Below, in pieces: positions 9,040-18,245 of a stretch of 64,000 nt of DNA. The translations under genes and the position numbers were made by a program. The stretch lies in contig JAOPXC010000370.1 of the NCBI GenBank assembly GCA_025965335.1, forward strand, positions 2,397 to 66,396, read 5' to 3'. Below the pieces are notes generated by a model that was not told the DNA's origin, did no database searches, and saw nothing but the letters and a program-made list of their open reading frames with translations. Origin of the DNA: Nocardioides sp. (lineage in GTDB: Bacteria; Actinomycetota; Actinomycetes; Propionibacteriales; Nocardioidaceae). Numbering within the stretch: the stretch's first letter is position 1; every line of letters starts with the position of its first letter.

Positions 9040-10634
9040 GCGCCACCACTACGGTTCGCCCCAACGCCACCGTCCAGCTCGGCTCCTGGTCGGTGGTGGG
9101 GGCGGCGAACGCGCACACCGCCCTGTCGGACAACACGGACACCACCTATGTGCAGCTGACGCCGCGTTGCCGCCTGGACACCCAGCGGCTGCGCCTTGGT
9201 CTGCCGACGATTACCATCCCCACCGGGGCGCAGATCAGCTCGGTGGGGGTGCGGATCCGCATCCAAACGGTGGTGTTCCCCGCGCCGCAGCCGATCTGCT
9301 TGGGCTGGTTCCGGTGCCACCGCCCGCCGAACATCATCACGATCATCATCGACTTCATCCTGCTGTTGCTGTTCGGGTGGCGATGCCCGCGTCAGCCCAC
9401 GGTGGTGTGGGTTGAGCAGCAGCTGGAGAACTTGACGTCGGACCCGGACGGTAACCCGTGGACCCTCGCCAGCTTCAACCAGTTCGAGGTGCACCTCGGC
9501 CGCGATGATGTGTCGGGGAACCCGCTGCGGATCTCCGAGGTGTACGTCGACATCACCTACACCCAGCAGGCCGTCATCACGGTCACGGCCCCCACCGGGA
9601 CCATCACGACCACGTGTCGGCCCACGGTCACCTGGACCTACACCTCCCCGGACTCGAACCCGCAGGCCTCCTACAACGTGGCCATCTACACCGCCGCGCA
9701 GGTCGCCGCTGGTGGGTTCGTTCCGTTCGTCACCCCACCGATCCAAACGTCGGGGGTGACCTTCGGTGAGGATCTGCAGTGGAACCTCACCACGGACATC
9801 GTCAACGGTGGCTACTCCGCGTATGTGCAGGTCAATCAGGTGTGGCCGGGGTCGAACGACTTCCCGTCCGGGATTGCGTCGATCACCTGGACGCAGTCCA
9901 TCGCCGGCGCCCCGAACGCGGTCATCTCCAACTCCCTGTTCGACACCGTCTACAACCGGGTCCGCCTCGACATCACCACCGGCGGTCCCACCCCGACCAC
10001 GGCCGCGTTCGCGGTGCAGGCGTCGCGGGACAGCGGCGTCACCTACGGCCCGGTCCGCAACGCACTGTTGCTGACCAACACGGGCGGGACGATGACGGTG
10101 TACGACTACGAGGCCCCGCTCAACGCGCCCAGCAAGTATCGGGTGTTGGCGTACGGGCAGACCGGCAGCCTGCTGTTCGCGGCGGCGGCGTACTCGAACG
10201 TTGTCACCGTCACCCCGCAGGTCGACGTCCCGTGGCTGAAGGACCCGCTCGACCCCACGGTGAACACCCCGTTCCCCATCGCCTACCAGGGCGACGCACG
10301 CACGGTGCGAAGGGTGCAGGGCACGTTCGAAGTCATCTCCGGTGGGCTGCAGGTCGACAAGATCGTCGTCAACGGTCCGCAGTACGGCCCCGAGGGCACG
10401 TACACGCTGAACTTCTACAAGGACCAGCCGGCGGACTACTGGTCAGCGTTCAAGCAACTCGACCAGTCCGGGCACATCCTGCTGGTCCAGTACACCAACG
10501 GCGAACAGCTCTATGTGCTGTTCGGACCGGGCGCGGCGGGCTCCGACATGAGTTACGAGTGGGAAGTTGTACCCAACTACCACAAGGTTTCGGTCTCCTA
10601 CACCTCAGTCGGAGCTCCACCGATTACGTCCTGA
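9036..10634 (+). CDS. Minor tail protein (distal tail-like)
   Basis: Follows TMP; beta-rich; YDYEAP.N...YRV and WLKDPLDP motifs. Confidence 0.8.
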   Translation: MSATTTVRPNATVQLGSWSVVGAANAHTALSDNTDTTYVQLTPRCRLDTQRLRLGLPTITIPTGAQISSVGVRIRIQTVVFPAPQPICLGWFRCHRPPNIITIIIDFILLLLFGWRCPRQPTVVWVEQQLENLTSDPDGNPWTLASFNQFEVHLGRDDVSGNPLRISEVYVDITYTQQAVITVTAPTGTITTTCRPTVTWTYTSPDSNPQASYNVAIYTAAQVAAGGFVPFVTPPIQTSGVTFGEDLQWNLTTDIVNGGYSAYVQVNQVWPGSNDFPSGIASITWTQSIAGAPNAVISNSLFDTVYNRVRLDITTGGPTPTTAAFAVQASRDSGVTYGPVRNALLLTNTGGTMTVYDYEAPLNAPSKYRVLAYGQTGSLLFAAAAYSNVVTVTPQVDVPWLKDPLDPTVNTPFPIAYQGDARTVRRVQGTFEVISGGLQVDKIVVNGPQYGPEGTYTLNFYKDQPADYWSAFKQLDQSGHILLVQYTNGEQLYVLFGPGAAGSDMSYEWEVVPNYHKVSVSYTSVGAPPITS

Positions 10635-10646
10635 GAGGCGGCCATT

Positions 10647-11027
10647 GTGCAACCCACCTCGTCCGCCTTTCAGGCCGCAATCCAGGCGTCCCATCAGGCG
10701 GTGTCCCGGTGCGACATCATCCAAAACGGCTCCGTTGTCATGCAGCTGCCGATCGTGGCCGGCTCCGTCACTGCGGACCGCACAGCGGCGCAGATGCGGC
10801 AATTCGACGCTACCCTTGCCGACCCGGACGGGTCGCTCACCCCGGCGGATATGTCGGCGGTGTTGGCGCCGTTCGGAACCAGGGCGCAGATCTGGCGGGG
10901 TGTGCTGATCACCGAGGTTGACGCGGTGCAGGACATCGACAACAGCGCGGCCACATTCAACCAGGGAACGAACAACGGCACGATCGGCGACCCCGTCACG
11001 GGATCGCTGATTTTGGGCTGGACCTAG
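10647..11027 (+). CDS. N-terminal part of baseplate hub-like (DUF5047-like) minor tail protein
   Basis: S..F.AAI..SH, GSVT.DRTA..R, LAPFG....IWRGV motifs. Confidence 0.75.
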   Translation: MQPTSSAFQAAIQASHQAVSRCDIIQNGSVVMQLPIVAGSVTADRTAAQMRQFDATLADPDGSLTPADMSAVLAPFGTRAQIWRGVLITEVDAVQDIDNSAATFNQGTNNGTIGDPVTGSLILGWT

Positions 11028-11602
11028 ACCTCCCGCTTGACTCGGGGCGTGCTCCGAGCGCAAGAACGCGAGCAGAAAAGGCCCCTGCCTGGACGAGCGT
11101 CGGGCCACGCAACGAAAGACGCTCCGCAGCGTCCGCAGTCTCGTCGTTCACCGCGTACGCGGTTGCCCACTGCGTTAAGCGAGTAGTCCTCGTGATCCTC
11201 GACAGTGTAGGCGCGGTTCAAAATGTTGCACCCATGGCAAGACGGGGCCAGGTTCGACGGCGCGTTGTTGTGAGTGTCGCGGTCTAGGTGGTCAACGACC
11301 AGCGCGCCCTTGGCCGTACGCACACCGGTTATCCAGGTGACCCTGGTGCCGCACTTGTGGCAAACGTGCGGCCCGGCCCCGATGGCATCCCAGAGCACTA
11401 GGCGATGTTCTGGGATTCGATTGCCCCTCTTGGTCGCTAGAGGGTGGTTCGCGGCGATGGTGACCATCCTGTAGCGAGCGTTGTACTCACTGTCAGGTTT
11501 TCTCTTGCCTATGTAGAAGCAGGCTTTGCTGCAGTATCTCTTGTTCAACGAGGGGTATGTCGTGAACGGCGTGGCGCACACAGCGCACTGTCTCTCGATC
11601 AT
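11024..11602 (-). CDS. Free-standing HNH homing endonuclease
   Basis: C..C...F...YCSKAC, EHRLV, LVVDHLD....NN..SNL..SC..CN; antisense to tail operon; own TGc-TACACT -10 six nt before ATG. Confidence 0.9.
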   Translation of the reverse strand: MIERQCAVCATPFTTYPSLNKRYCSKACFYIGKRKPDSEYNARYRMVTIAANHPLATKRGNRIPEHRLVLWDAIGAGPHVCHKCGTRVTWITGVRTAKGALVVDHLDRDTHNNAPSNLAPSCHGCNILNRAYTVEDHEDYSLNAVGNRVRGERRDCGRCGASFVAWPDARPGRGLFCSRSCARSTPRVKREV

Positions 11603-11630
11603 TTCTCCAGTGTAGCACCGGGGGTTAGCC

Positions 11631-12086
11631 ATTAGTAACTTTATTTTCACCATTGCTAAAGGTCGGTTCGTTCAGCAAGCCTCGCTGGCCACCGGGTCTG
11701 ATGCTGTTCTGGTTCTCCTGCTCAAGTCCTCCGGACTGCAGGTCGACGCCACGCTGCAGGACTACACCACCCTGTCGACGATGCTGGCGTCGAACACCGA
11801 GGCGACGTTCACGAACTACGTCCGCAAGGTGCTGACCAGCGGGTTGACCATCACTCAGAACTTCACCACCAACATCAACTCGGTGGCGGTCGGCAACCAG
11901 ACCTGGTTCGCCGCCGGCGGTGCATCCAACGATGTATTGGGGAAGTTGGTCACCGCGTACCGGCCGTTGTCCAGCTCGCCGGACTCGGCGTGCATCCCGA
12001 TGACGGCGTATGACTTCACCGCCACCACCACCGGCAGCGACCTGATCGCCCAGTTCGCGTCGGGCGTCTACGCAACGGCGTCCTGA
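11631..12086 (+). CDS. Virion-associated protein, probable ATT start
   Basis: Frame of ORF 11781..12086 extends upstream to I-S-N-F-I-F-T-I-A-K-G-R, resembling the M.DFVFNIAKGR N-terminus I recognise from actinophage tail-region proteins; in-frame TAG at 11613. Confidence 0.7.
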   Translation: MSNFIFTIAKGRFVQQASLATGSDAVLVLLLKSSGLQVDATLQDYTTLSTMLASNTEATFTNYVRKVLTSGLTITQNFTTNINSVAVGNQTWFAAGGASNDVLGKLVTAYRPLSSSPDSACIPMTAYDFTATTTGSDLIAQFASGVYATAS

Positions 12087-12089
12087 GCC

Positions 12090-14090
12090 ATGCCGTACCC
12101 CGTGGGGCTTCTGGACCCCGAATGCACGTCGAACTACGGCTCGACATTCAGCGCCACATTTCCAATGACCGTGGGTAGCAGCTTCCAGACCGGTGACCTG
12201 CGCATCGTGTACTTCGCGCTCAGAGGCACTCCGACGGCGTCGACGTTCCCCGGATGGACAAAGAACGTTGAGTCCGCTGGTCCGCTGCAGGGTCGCCTTA
12301 TGGTCTTTACGAAGGTGCTTACTCCAGGTGCCGTCGATGGTGTGTTAACGGTTAGCTTCGCTACTGACTCGTACATGTACGCGGCCGTTACTGTCCGAAA
12401 CCCATTTTTGGCGCAGTCGATTACCATCACTAATGCGTCAGCTACCCCAGCCAGTCGAACGTCCGCATCGAACCCGAGCGTCACCGCAACAGCTAACGGC
12501 GTTCTTCTGAACTTTGCCCTTATCGGGATGAGTACGACAGGCACAGTGTTCACGGCGGACCCCTCCATGACGCAACTCGCCACTGCGGCGGCGGACGACG
12601 GCACTGCCTACTACGAGGCACTCATAGCGGCTGAGAACTACGTAACGGCTGGAAGCACGGGGACAAAGAGCCACCCAATATCCCCGACGGGTAGTTACGA
12701 GTATCAGACGTCTTCCCTGTACCTGCAGCAGAACCCTGACGTCACCTTCACGATGTCGACGTCGCCGAACGAGACCGACGCCGGCGTGGTCACCACCTCG
12801 AGTATCCCGAACACTCAGACGCACTTCACGATGAGCGGGTCGCCGAACGAGACTGACGCGGCGCCGCAGGTGTTCACCCAGTTGACGGGGTTCCGGATCA
12901 GCCCGCTGCTGGCCATTCCGCAGTCCCCGATCACCAGCAGTGTCATCCACTGGGATCAGGCGACACCGGCGGTGGGTTCGACGGTGACGGTGGAGACCTC
13001 GGTTGACGGCGGTGCGTCATGGCAGCCGGCGGTGCAGGACGGCCCGATCGCCCGGTTGCTGCCGGGGACGAGTGTGTGGCAGACGGTGCAGACCCGGGTG
13101 ACGTTGAAGCGGTTGCGCGTCACCGACCCGAGCCCGCGCGTGTCGAACGTTGAGGTGCGGGTCGCCACCAACGCCTCCAACGCCGAGCTCGTGAGCCTCG
13201 GCCTGTTCACCATCAACAACACCAACATCACCATCACTGGTGGCACCACCGGTGGTTCGTCCGGTTCCGGCGGCGGTGGGAACGGGGTCACCGGGTCCGG
13301 TGGTGGCAACACCGGCGGTGGGTTGTCGATCGAGATTTCCGGGGTGGACCTGTCGCGGTCGGTGTCGCGGAACTCCTGGGAAGACGTGCATTTCGTAGAC
13401 TCCGGCACGAATTACGCCACGGCGATCCACGACATCATCGAGGACCGGCTACCGGGCACCCAGTACAACTTCGCGTCCACCACCCACGTCACCCCGAAGC
13501 TCATCTTCGGGATGTCGATGGACTCCGACCCGTGGCAGGACGCCCAAGACCTGGCGACCGCGATCGGCATGGAGCTCTATTTCGACGCGCTCGGGGTGTG
13601 CACGCTGCGCGACGTTCCCGACCCGGGGACCGGCCAGTCGGTGTGGACGTTCTCTGACTCAGCGAACCCGACGATCGCGTCCGCGACCCGGTCGCTGACG
13701 GATCAGACGGTGTTCAACTACATCGTCGCTTACGGCGAGTCGGTCGACAACGCCGTCCCGGTGTCGGCGGTCGCTTTTGACGACAACCCGAACAGCCCCA
13801 CGTACTACTTGGGCGCGTACGGCAAGGTCCCCACCAGCTTTACCTCGCCCGAGATCACCACCGTGGAGCAGGCTCAGGCGGCGGCGGATGCGCTGCTGAA
13901 CCTGTCCATCGGGAACGCGGAGAACGTCGAGATCTCGGTGGTGCCCAACCCGGCACTCGAACCGGGGGACGTGATCACGGTGACCATCGGGGAGCTGAAG
14001 CTGACCGGCACGTTCATGGTCAACGACATGAACACTCCGTTGTCGGCCGCCGAGGCGCAGACATTCACCGTGTACCGCCAAACCACCTAG
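12090..14090 (+). CDS. Minor tail protein: variable N-terminal domain plus hub-like C-terminal part
   Basis: ELVSLGLF, SGVDLSR, DPWQDAQDLA.AIG.ELYFD..G, FNYIV..GE, PNPALEPGDVI motifs. Confidence 0.85.
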   Translation: MPYPVGLLDPECTSNYGSTFSATFPMTVGSSFQTGDLRIVYFALRGTPTASTFPGWTKNVESAGPLQGRLMVFTKVLTPGAVDGVLTVSFATDSYMYAAVTVRNPFLAQSITITNASATPASRTSASNPSVTATANGVLLNFALIGMSTTGTVFTADPSMTQLATAAADDGTAYYEALIAAENYVTAGSTGTKSHPISPTGSYEYQTSSLYLQQNPDVTFTMSTSPNETDAGVVTTSSIPNTQTHFTMSGSPNETDAAPQVFTQLTGFRISPLLAIPQSPITSSVIHWDQATPAVGSTVTVETSVDGGASWQPAVQDGPIARLLPGTSVWQTVQTRVTLKRLRVTDPSPRVSNVEVRVATNASNAELVSLGLFTINNTNITITGGTTGGSSGSGGGGNGVTGSGGGNTGGGLSIEISGVDLSRSVSRNSWEDVHFVDSGTNYATAIHDIIEDRLPGTQYNFASTTHVTPKLIFGMSMDSDPWQDAQDLATAIGMELYFDALGVCTLRDVPDPGTGQSVWTFSDSANPTIASATRSLTDQTVFNYIVAYGESVDNAVPVSAVAFDDNPNSPTYYLGAYGKVPTSFTSPEITTVEQAQAAADALLNLSIGNAENVEISVVPNPALEPGDVITVTIGELKLTGTFMVNDMNTPLSAAEAQTFTVYRQTT

Positions 14091-14099
14091 GAGGGCGCT

Positions 14100-14375
14100 G
14101 TGTCCATCTACGGGGCGATCAACCGGTCCGCTCGGGCACTGGCCCGCAAGAACCGGGCACAGGTGCGGGTACCCACCGACGCGATGAAGCTGTCTGGGCG
14201 GCAAGCGGTGGTGCAGTCGATCAACGTCAGCGGCCACACCTGCAGTGTGCTGCTGGCCAACTCGTCCACCCCGTTCACCTGCGCCTGGTCGGATCACTAC
14301 CAGCCGGCGAACGGACACACGGTCTGGGTGATGTTCTTCGGTAGGTCCCCGATGGTCGTGTTCAGGTGCCAGTGA
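14100..14375 (+). CDS. Small tail-tip associated OB-fold-like protein
   Basis: Y.P..G..VWV motif, position after hub gene, GGAGG RBS. Confidence 0.6.
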   Translation: MSIYGAINRSARALARKNRAQVRVPTDAMKLSGRQAVVQSINVSGHTCSVLLANSSTPFTCAWSDHYQPANGHTVWVMFFGRSPMVVFRCQ

Positions 14376-14665
14376 CCTGGTTCGCCGAAGGGGCCGACTC
14401 ATCCTCAGTGTTCCTGCAGTACGGGGCAGTTGGGGCCACGACGGTCATCTTCATTGGTATCGCCTGGACCTTGTTCAAGAAGTTCGAGGAGACCCTGAAG
14501 CTCGAGCGTGAGGGTCGCAAACGCGCCGAGGACGAGCTGCGTGAGTCGAACGCCTACATCCGTGACAAGTGCGTACCCGCATTGGAGCAGGCCACGACGG
14601 TGATGGCGCAGTTCCTCCGTGCGTCACGGAGGGACGGTCGTGACTATGACGATGCCCCCCGATGA
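14372..14665 (+). CDS. Membrane protein (holin-like / lysis accessory)
   Basis: QYGAVG + TM helix + coiled coil. Confidence 0.6.
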   Translation: MTWFAEGADSSSVFLQYGAVGATTVIFIGIAWTLFKKFEETLKLEREGRKRAEDELRESNAYIRDKCVPALEQATTVMAQFLRASRRDGRDYDDAPR

Positions 14666-14813
14666 ACTCAGCACGGAGGAGCTCTACAAAGAGGCCAAGA
14701 AGATGCGACGGGAGCTCCTGGCGGCGGTGGATGAGCTGAACGGGTTCGCTGCCGCCCTGGCTGAGCTAGCCGTCAAGCAAGAGCACGAACAGCTGGGGGA
14801 GGATTCAGAATGA
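14646..14813 (+). CDS. Small helical hypothetical protein
   Basis: GGAGG RBS, overlaps neighbours. Confidence 0.55.
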   Translation: MTMPPDELSTEELYKEAKKMRRELLAAVDELNGFAAALAELAVKQEHEQLGEDSE

Positions 14814-15223
14814 CCGAGCCAGACCCCACCAATCTGCCGGCGGTAGCCGCGAAGCTCATCACCACGATCGACGGTTTGACCGCCGCGATCAACGACCTGC
14901 TGCGGCGTACGGCCCGCTCGGAACGGTTCATCGCGTTCACCGTCGCCGGCCTGGTGTTGGATCTCGGGTTGACGATCGTGGCCGGGTTCCTGGTGTACTC
15001 GCAGTACTCGACGAACGCCACGTTGGAAGACACCCGTGGCGAAGTGCTGTGCCCGCTCTATAGCGTCTTCCTCGGCTCCTACAACCCGAGTTCTCGGGCG
15101 GCGGGGACGGACCGCAAGACCTACGAAGACACGTTCCAGGTGATCCGTGACGGGTACCAGCACTTGGGGTGCACGTCGCCGCTCGTGCCACCGGCCACAC
15201 CTCACGCCGCCCCACCGAAGTAA
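14810..15223 (+). CDS. Single-pass membrane protein with Cys pair
   Basis: TM helix AFTVAGLVLDLGLTIVAGFLV; LC...LGC. Confidence 0.75.
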   Translation: MTEPDPTNLPAVAAKLITTIDGLTAAINDLLRRTARSERFIAFTVAGLVLDLGLTIVAGFLVYSQYSTNATLEDTRGEVLCPLYSVFLGSYNPSSRAAGTDRKTYEDTFQVIRDGYQHLGCTSPLVPPATPHAAPPK

Positions 15224-15816
15224 TGGGGCGCCACGTCCGCCGTTCGGGGCGTGTTTGGGTGATGTTCCTGGTGGTCGTGTTGGCGATCTTGTCGGTTGCG
15301 TTGATCTACATCATCGCGGCGAGGCGGCAGGACGACGCGAAACAGGCAGCGGTGGCGCAGGCCAACACCATCGCCGACCCGATCCTGGGGCTGTGCGCCC
15401 AGGGCGGTGACGTGGGGCAACGGTTGTCCGACGCGGGGCTGTGCAGCGCGGCGGCCGTGGTGAAGGTCGGACCGTCAGAGGGGCAGTCGCCCGGACTGAC
15501 ACCCGAGCAGGTGCAGGCCCTAGTCAAGTCGGAGTTGGCGAAGCGTCCCAGTCCGCAGCCGGTCGGTCCGAGCTCGACGCAGTTGGCCGGGGCGGTGCAG
15601 GCGTTCATCACGGCGAACCCGACGTTGTTCAAGGCGCCGGCGCCGACAACCGCGCAGATCCAGGCGGCGGTGAACACCTACATGCGCACCCATCCGGTGC
15701 AGGTGCCGCAGCCGGTGCCGGTCTATCAGATGCCGGGCCTGGGTGGCTTCACAGGCGTGCCGCAGTATCCGCCCGCCCCGCAGTGGCCGCCGAACCGCAG
15801 GTTCTCTCCGCGCTGA
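15223..15816 (+). CDS. Membrane-anchored Pro/Gln-rich protein
   Basis: N-terminal TM, LC..GG....L...GLC motif; TAATG overlap. Confidence 0.75.
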   Translation: MGRHVRRSGRVWVMFLVVVLAILSVALIYIIAARRQDDAKQAAVAQANTIADPILGLCAQGGDVGQRLSDAGLCSAAAVVKVGPSEGQSPGLTPEQVQALVKSELAKRPSPQPVGPSSTQLAGAVQAFITANPTLFKAPAPTTAQIQAAVNTYMRTHPVQVPQPVPVYQMPGLGGFTGVPQYPPAPQWPPNRRFSPR

Positions 15817-15927
15817 TACAGCGCCAGCTCACAGCCCCGTAGAGGGCCTAACTCTCCCGCCCCCTCACTGGGGGAGGGCCTCGGACGCCCTCGATTTGGG
15901 GTGTTCGCTCACAGGAGGTAAAAACCG

Positions 15928-16899
15928 ATGCGTCGACTGCTGGTCGCCGGCATTGCCGCCCTGGCGGTAGTGCTAGGTCTCGTTGTATCCACGGGGGTGG
16001 CCTCGGCCGCTCCGAGCGCGCTGCCCTGCGCCCGTGACGCTGCCAGCGCACAGCCGGCCGGCTGCGGAGGGGAGCACCGGCCCACTGGCCCCGGCCTCAA
16101 CGTCGGGCTCGACGCCAACCTGAACCTGGGTACGACCGTGGTGCCGTGCCCGGCGCATGAACACCGCGTCCCCGGGGGCGCCTGCGTCCCGGACGGTGTC
16201 GGATTCCCCGGGCACCCCGGCGGACCGCGCGGCGGCCACTTCCCCGGATACGGACTGCCCATCGGCGGCTACCAGGGCCTGCCCGTCCTGGTCAACGGGA
16301 ACATCATCGTCCTCGACGGTGGCCTGCAGGCGAACGTGTGCAGCTACTCCACATGGGACGGCTTCAACGGTCGCTTCGGCAGCCACCTCGGCGGACTCCG
16401 TGGCCGGTTCGGTCACAGCCCAGCCGCCGCGTGGGCGCAGCTGCGCGCACAGGCTGCGTGCAACGCGGCAGTCGTGAACGGCCTCAGCGGACTGACCCTG
16501 GTCGACGGCAGCTACCTGAACCTGGGCGGCGAGTTCGGCACCGTCAACGTCTGCTCGTTCTCCACCTTCAACGACTTCGGCAACCGCTTCGGCGGTCGCT
16601 TCGGCAACCGCTTCAACGGTGTCCGTGGCCGCTTCGGCGGCAACCCGCTCGGTGCGTGGAACCAGCTCCGCAACCAGGCCTCCTGCGGCAACACCGTCGT
16701 GGTAGTCCCGTCCAGCACCACAGTGGTGCAGGCGCCGGCCGCCACAGCCGAGGCGCTGCCGGCCGATCCCAGCACCACGGCCCCGAGCGCCGACGACGGT
16801 GCCTCCAAGCCCCTGACCTCGAGCCCGGTTCCCTCGGGACCGGTGCAGACCGGTGGGGACAGTGCCGCGTACGTGCTGGCTCACGCGCGGGCTGTCTGA
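15928..16899 (+). CDS. Secreted Gly-rich protein, candidate sortase substrate
   Basis: AGGAGG RBS; Sec signal ending VASA-A; internal duplicated ~60-aa domain; C-terminal VPSGPVQTGG. Confidence 0.8.
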   Translation: MRRLLVAGIAALAVVLGLVVSTGVASAAPSALPCARDAASAQPAGCGGEHRPTGPGLNVGLDANLNLGTTVVPCPAHEHRVPGGACVPDGVGFPGHPGGPRGGHFPGYGLPIGGYQGLPVLVNGNIIVLDGGLQANVCSYSTWDGFNGRFGSHLGGLRGRFGHSPAAAWAQLRAQAACNAAVVNGLSGLTLVDGSYLNLGGEFGTVNVCSFSTFNDFGNRFGGRFGNRFNGVRGRFGGNPLGAWNQLRNQASCGNTVVVVPSSTTVVQAPAATAEALPADPSTTAPSADDGASKPLTSSPVPSGPVQTGGDSAAYVLAHARAV

Positions 16900-16909
16900 G
16901 TCGTGACCA

Positions 16910-17107
16910 ATGCCGACCCGCGACGGCGGCAACGGTTCGATACAGGTCGGGAGGGTGGGACGCGAGGTTACGCTCGTTTTCTGCCCTCCCGGCAGTATCG
17001 ACGGCCCAACAGTTTCCTTCTCGGCGGAGTCCGTCCAAGAACTCATCGCCGCCCTCGTGAAAGCAAGACGCGAGGCATGCGGCTCCTGCTGGTCGTCCTC
17101 GGACTGA
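16910..17107 (+). CDS. Hypothetical protein
   Basis: Fills gap between substrate and sortase; plausible beta-beta-alpha composition. Confidence 0.5.
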   Translation: MPTRDGGNGSIQVGRVGREVTLVFCPPGSIDGPTVSFSAESVQELIAALVKARREACGSCWSSSD

Positions 17108-17685
17108 CCCTGGCCGGCTGCTCGCATCCGTCGGCGCAGCTGTCCCCACCGAAGCTGACCTCCCCGCCGAGCTTCACTCCGGCGGCCCCGGATGTGGGTG
17201 TGTCGTCGGTGGCGATCCCGTCCATCGGGCTGAACGACAACCTGACCATGCAGGTGGTCAAGCAGCCCGATGGGTCCCTCGGTGTCCCGCCGCTCACCTC
17301 GCCAAGGATGATCGGCTGGTACCGGCAGAGCCCGGTCCCCGGCGACAACAGCTGCGACCATCCCTGCGTCGGTCGGTCGGTCGTGGTGGCGCACATCAAC
17401 GCCAACCACGTCGAGGGCGCCTTCGCGGAGCTGGCGAAGGTGAAGGTCGGCGCCACCATCGCGGTGGGTCGCACCGACGCACAGACGGCCACGTTCAAGG
17501 TCACCCGGACGTTGGTCATCGCCAAGTCGAAGTTCCCGACCGACGACGTGTACGGGCCGGCGAAAGAGGCCGAGCTCGTGGCGATCACCTGCGGCCCGGA
17601 CGCGTACAACGCGAAGACCCACAACTATGAGAACCAGACCATCGTGTGGGCCACGCTCGTCAGCTTGAAGCCGACCGGCCCGTAG
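17077..17685 (+). CDS. Class F sortase (lipoprotein)
   Basis: Lipobox LAGC; IPSIG, DGSL.VP, GWY..SP.PG, VVAH(I)N, LVAITCG, Y..N.IV.A motifs. Confidence 0.9.
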   Translation: MRLLLVVLGLTLAGCSHPSAQLSPPKLTSPPSFTPAAPDVGVSSVAIPSIGLNDNLTMQVVKQPDGSLGVPPLTSPRMIGWYRQSPVPGDNSCDHPCVGRSVVVAHINANHVEGAFAELAKVKVGATIAVGRTDAQTATFKVTRTLVIAKSKFPTDDVYGPAKEAELVAITCGPDAYNAKTHNYENQTIVWATLVSLKPTGP

Positions 17686-17687
17686 TT

Positions 17688-17909
17688 GTGACGCCGGGGG
17701 AGCGGGCTTCATCGGCAGTCATCAACTTCCTGTCCCGCGATCTCGGCCGGGCCATCTACCTGCAACAGGTCCATGTCGCGGATGAGCGCGGCGAGTGCAA
17801 CGGCTGCCGATCCCAGACCAGGTGGATCGAACACCCCTGCATCATCCGTCAGCTCGCCGATGAGTGCGTCACGAGGCAAATCCCCATACAGCGGAGGCAA
17901 TCGCCATGA
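17688..17909 (+). CDS. Small Cys/His protein (H...G.C.GC....HPC)
   Basis: Probable Zn-binding motif; ATGA overlap with next gene. Confidence 0.6.
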   Translation: MTPGERASSAVINFLSRDLGRAIYLQQVHVADERGECNGCRSQTRWIEHPCIIRQLADECVTRQIPIQRRQSP

Positions 17910-18226
17910 GCGACTGCAAGTGCACCTGCCGCCACCACTACCCGGACAACTACCCGGTCACACACGGGGAGCTGAGGCACCGCCTCCAAGAACTCTGGGA
18001 CTACGTCCTGGAGCAGTCCAACACCGTCTCGATCTTAGGAGAGAAGTTGTCCGTCACTCAGGCTGACCTCGACGCCCTCGCCACCTCCATCGCCGCTGAC
18101 GTCTCCGCCATCCAGGCCGAGATCGCCGCACTGGAAGCCGCCAACCCGAACCTGGACCTGTCCGGTCTGCAGGCGGCTGTGGCGTCCCTCGACGCGACCG
18201 CTAACCCGGCCCCGCCGGCTGTCTGA
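17906..18226 (+). CDS. Coiled-coil hypothetical protein
   Basis: GGAGG RBS; TQADLDALA...DLSGL repeat-like helix. Confidence 0.7.
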   Translation: MSDCKCTCRHHYPDNYPVTHGELRHRLQELWDYVLEQSNTVSILGEKLSVTQADLDALATSIAADVSAIQAEIAALEAANPNLDLSGLQAAVASLDATANPAPPAV

Positions 18227-18245
18227 CCTTCTTCACCCTTTAACC

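Noticed and set aside
11024-11630. Group I intron carrying the HNH
   Set aside because: HNH is antisense, fills almost the whole interval and leaves no room for a ribozyme core; treated as free-standing.
15817-15927. Riboswitch-like leader before the secreted protein
   Set aside because: Some pairing (GAGGGC/GCCCTC) but no recognisable aptamer consensus; high GC makes chance stems likely.
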